Positions 8,079 through 11,801 of a DNA stretch of 11,801 nt are shown in pieces (the first letter of the stretch is position 1; each line of letters begins with the position of its first letter). The stretch is from the NCBI GenBank assembly GCA_030753015.1, contig JASMDC010000065.1:1-11801 (forward strand), written 5' to 3'. The notes below the pieces were generated by a model that was not told the origin of the DNA, searched no databases, and saw nothing but the letters and a program-made list of their open reading frames with translations. The stretch comes from Candidatus Undinarchaeales archaeon (GTDB lineage: Archaea; SpSt-1190; JASMDC01). The position numbers and the translations under genes are program-made.

Positions 8079-8123
8079 CTGGTGGAAAAGTCGGGTGACG
8101 CCCCGTCGAGCGCCGCCCTTTCG

Positions 8124-8162
8124 GTCGTATCCCGTCCTTCCTTCCAATCCCCTTCTCCCTAC
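8124..8162. repeat. 39-bp direct repeat, copy 1
   Basis: gtcgtatcccgtccttccttccaatccccttctccctac matches 10546-10584 at 36/39 positions. Confidence 0.9.
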
Positions 8163-8230
8163 AGATTGAGGCCAGCCGCCCGGCGCGAGCGCCAGTGGCG
8201 AGTGGGGCGTGTACGGCAACCTCGACGGCA

Positions 8231-8268
8231 AGATGGGCGGCAAACCGCCGCCCCTGATCTTTTATCAG
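8231..8268 (-). terminator. GC-rich hairpin(s) just downstream of icd, possible terminator
   Basis: Perfect 7-bp stem gggcggc-aaacc-gccgccc (8235-8253) next to ctgat-ctttt-atcag (8254-8268), beginning 3 nt after the icd stop. No strong U-tract on the icd strand. Confidence 0.45.
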
Positions 8269-8270
8269 TT

Positions 8271-10508
<2,238 letters not shown>

Positions 10509-10545
10509 TCACCTGTTAACTTGACCTTGTCGGATTAGGCCCGAT

Positions 10546-10584
10546 GTCGTATCCCGTCCTTTCTTCCAGTCCCCTTCTTCCTAC
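10546..10584. repeat. 39-bp direct repeat, copy 2 (includes the aclA stop codon)
   Basis: gtcgtatcccgtcctttcttccagtccccttcttcctac; 36/39 identical to 8124-8162. Confidence 0.9.
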
Positions 10585-11801
10585 TGGTACAGCACGTCGT
10601 CCCACGGGTGTCGGTAGAGCCCGGCCTTCAGCCTCTTCTGGTCCATTACGTGACCGATGAGACCGATGGACCGGCCCAGGACGAAGAGGCCGTTGAGGTA
10701 CCCCAGCTGGATGACCTCCTTGATCTCCTCGTCGCTGAACAGCTCCGGAAGCGACCTCATCATGTCCACGAAGAGGATGCCGATGCACCCGTCCACGTTG
10801 AGGATGAGGTTGTTCTTCTTGGCCGTGGTCACCTTCTCCACCTCCAGGGCGAAGTCCAGAAGCTCTGTTGCCGGGAAGTTCTTGTGAGCGAACTCCTGGA
10901 GCAGGGTCACCCGCATGTCCGGGTTCTGCACCGACTTGATGCGGTGGCCGATGCCTGGGATACGGATGTTCTTGGTCTTCATGTCCGACACGAACTCGTA
11001 CGGACCCAATCCGCGGTCGAATGCGTCGGTGAAGTGCCGTGCCGCGCCGTCGATGGCGCCGCCAAAGCGCGGGCCGATGGTAAGAAGCCCCGACACCAGG
11101 CTCGAGATGAGGTCCTTGCCCGCCCGGGATGCCACGATGGCGTTGTGAGCGCCGGACACGCACGGACCATGGTCGGCCGTGAGCTTGAGCACGATCTCGA
11201 TGAACTGCGTCGCCCACGGAGGCAGGTCCTTCTTGAACCACAGGTGGCCGAGGACCATGCCGATCCCGCGCTGGTCCTTGACGATGTCGGAGATGAGCAC
11301 GTGGTTGTACGTCAGCTCCTCGCCCCGGTCGTCGGCGATGGTGGAGATGAAGGTGGTGGGCTTGCGCACCTTGCCCAGCTTGAGCGCCTGGGCGTAGTCC
11401 ATGGGGGGCGGCGGCGGCTCCTCCTCGGGAACCTCCTTCACCTCGCCCTTGCGGACCAGGTCCTCGTACACCTCCTTGATCTTCGCGTCGAAGTCGTCGA
11501 AGCTTGCGGGAACGACGATCCCAACAGCCGCTAGCGCTTCGTTCTTGGCATCGGCCGTCTCTGCAGCCGAGTCGGCCTTGGCACCGGCGTGACCGAACTG
11601 GACCGAGGTTGGGAACACCTTAGCACATGTCCCCGTCACCCACATGACCAGGGGCTTGGTGATGCGGCCGTCCTTCACGGCCTCGTCGACGATCGTCCCG
11701 GCCGAGAAGAAGCCGACATCGATCTTCGAGACGCAGCCGGCGCCGGTGAGCAACGCGACGCCGACGTAGGTGAATTTGCCCGCCAGCCAGAGGTCCCGCT
11801 T
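10581..11801 (-). CDS. aclA: ATP-citrate lyase alpha-subunit, C-terminal part (phospho-His segment plus citryl-CoA lyase domain); frame open to the window edge, first ~38 codons atypical
   Basis: Motifs [20 protein letters not shown] (phospho-His), Pro-rich linker [56 protein letters not shown] and LYRHPWDD. No stop codon between 11801 and the listed TTG at 11753. Confidence 0.9.
   Translation of the reverse strand, partial: KRDLWLAGKFTYVGVALLTGAGCVSKIDVGFFSAGTIVDEAVKDGRITKPLVMWVTGTCAKVFPTSVQFGHAGAKADSAAETADAKNEALAAVGIVVPASFDDFDAKIKEVYEDLVRKGEVKEVPEEEPPPPPMDYAQALKLGKVRKPTTFISTIADDRGEELTYNHVLISDIVKDQRGIGMVLGHLWFKKDLPPWATQFIEIVLKLTADHGPCVSGAHNAIVASRAGKDLISSLVSGLLTIGPRFGGAIDGAARHFTDAFDRGLGPYEFVSDMKTKNIRIPGIGHRIKSVQNPDMRVTLLQEFAHKNFPATELLDFALEVEKVTTAKKNNLILNVDGCIGILFVDMMRSLPELFSDEEIKEVIQLGYLNGLFVLGRSIGLIGHVMDQKRLKAGLYRHPWDDVLYQ
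11688..11801 (-). other. In-frame segment resembling family I CoA-transferase subunit A rather than ATP-citrate lyase
   Basis: Translates to [38 protein letters not shown], like the 'rDLtl...dLLiGAGCVkki' region of GctA-type CoA-transferases. The LGE(V/I)GG..EY motif expected in ACL at this position is absent. Confidence 0.6.

Noticed and set aside
10516-11241. 241-aa alternative-frame ORF overlapping aclA on the minus strand
   Set aside because: Arg/Gly/Pro-rich composition typical of an off-frame reading of GC-rich coding DNA.
11401-11430. Low-complexity G-rich run encoding EEEPPPPP
   Set aside because: Corresponds to the normal Pro-rich linker of ATP-citrate lyase preceding PMDY, not a separate repeat element.
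10608-11534. 308-aa ORF on the + strand
   Set aside because: Antisense shadow of the GC-rich aclA gene; no recognisable motifs.

Overview
GC-rich, most likely archaeal window (TATA boxes about 24 nt upstream of leaderless starts, GGTGA-type Shine-Dalgarno motifs). From left to right it holds: a translationally coupled trpD(partial)-trpC-trpF-trpB-trpA operon; an AT-rich VapBC-type toxin-antitoxin module bracketed by degenerate integron attC-like inverted repeats; a double-CDGSH iron-sulfur protein; and, on the minus strand, an M3/M2-like zinc metallopeptidase, a small CoA-binding protein, a monomeric NADP-isocitrate dehydrogenase flanked by a 39-bp direct repeat, and the C-terminal part of an ATP-citrate lyase alpha subunit. 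The most notable observations are the attC-like cassette architecture around the TA module, the complete absence of Trp codons from the five trp ORFs, the repeat-flanked lower-GC icd beside aclA, and an abrupt in-frame switch from CoA-transferase-like to citrate-lyase sequence at the right edge (possible chimera).
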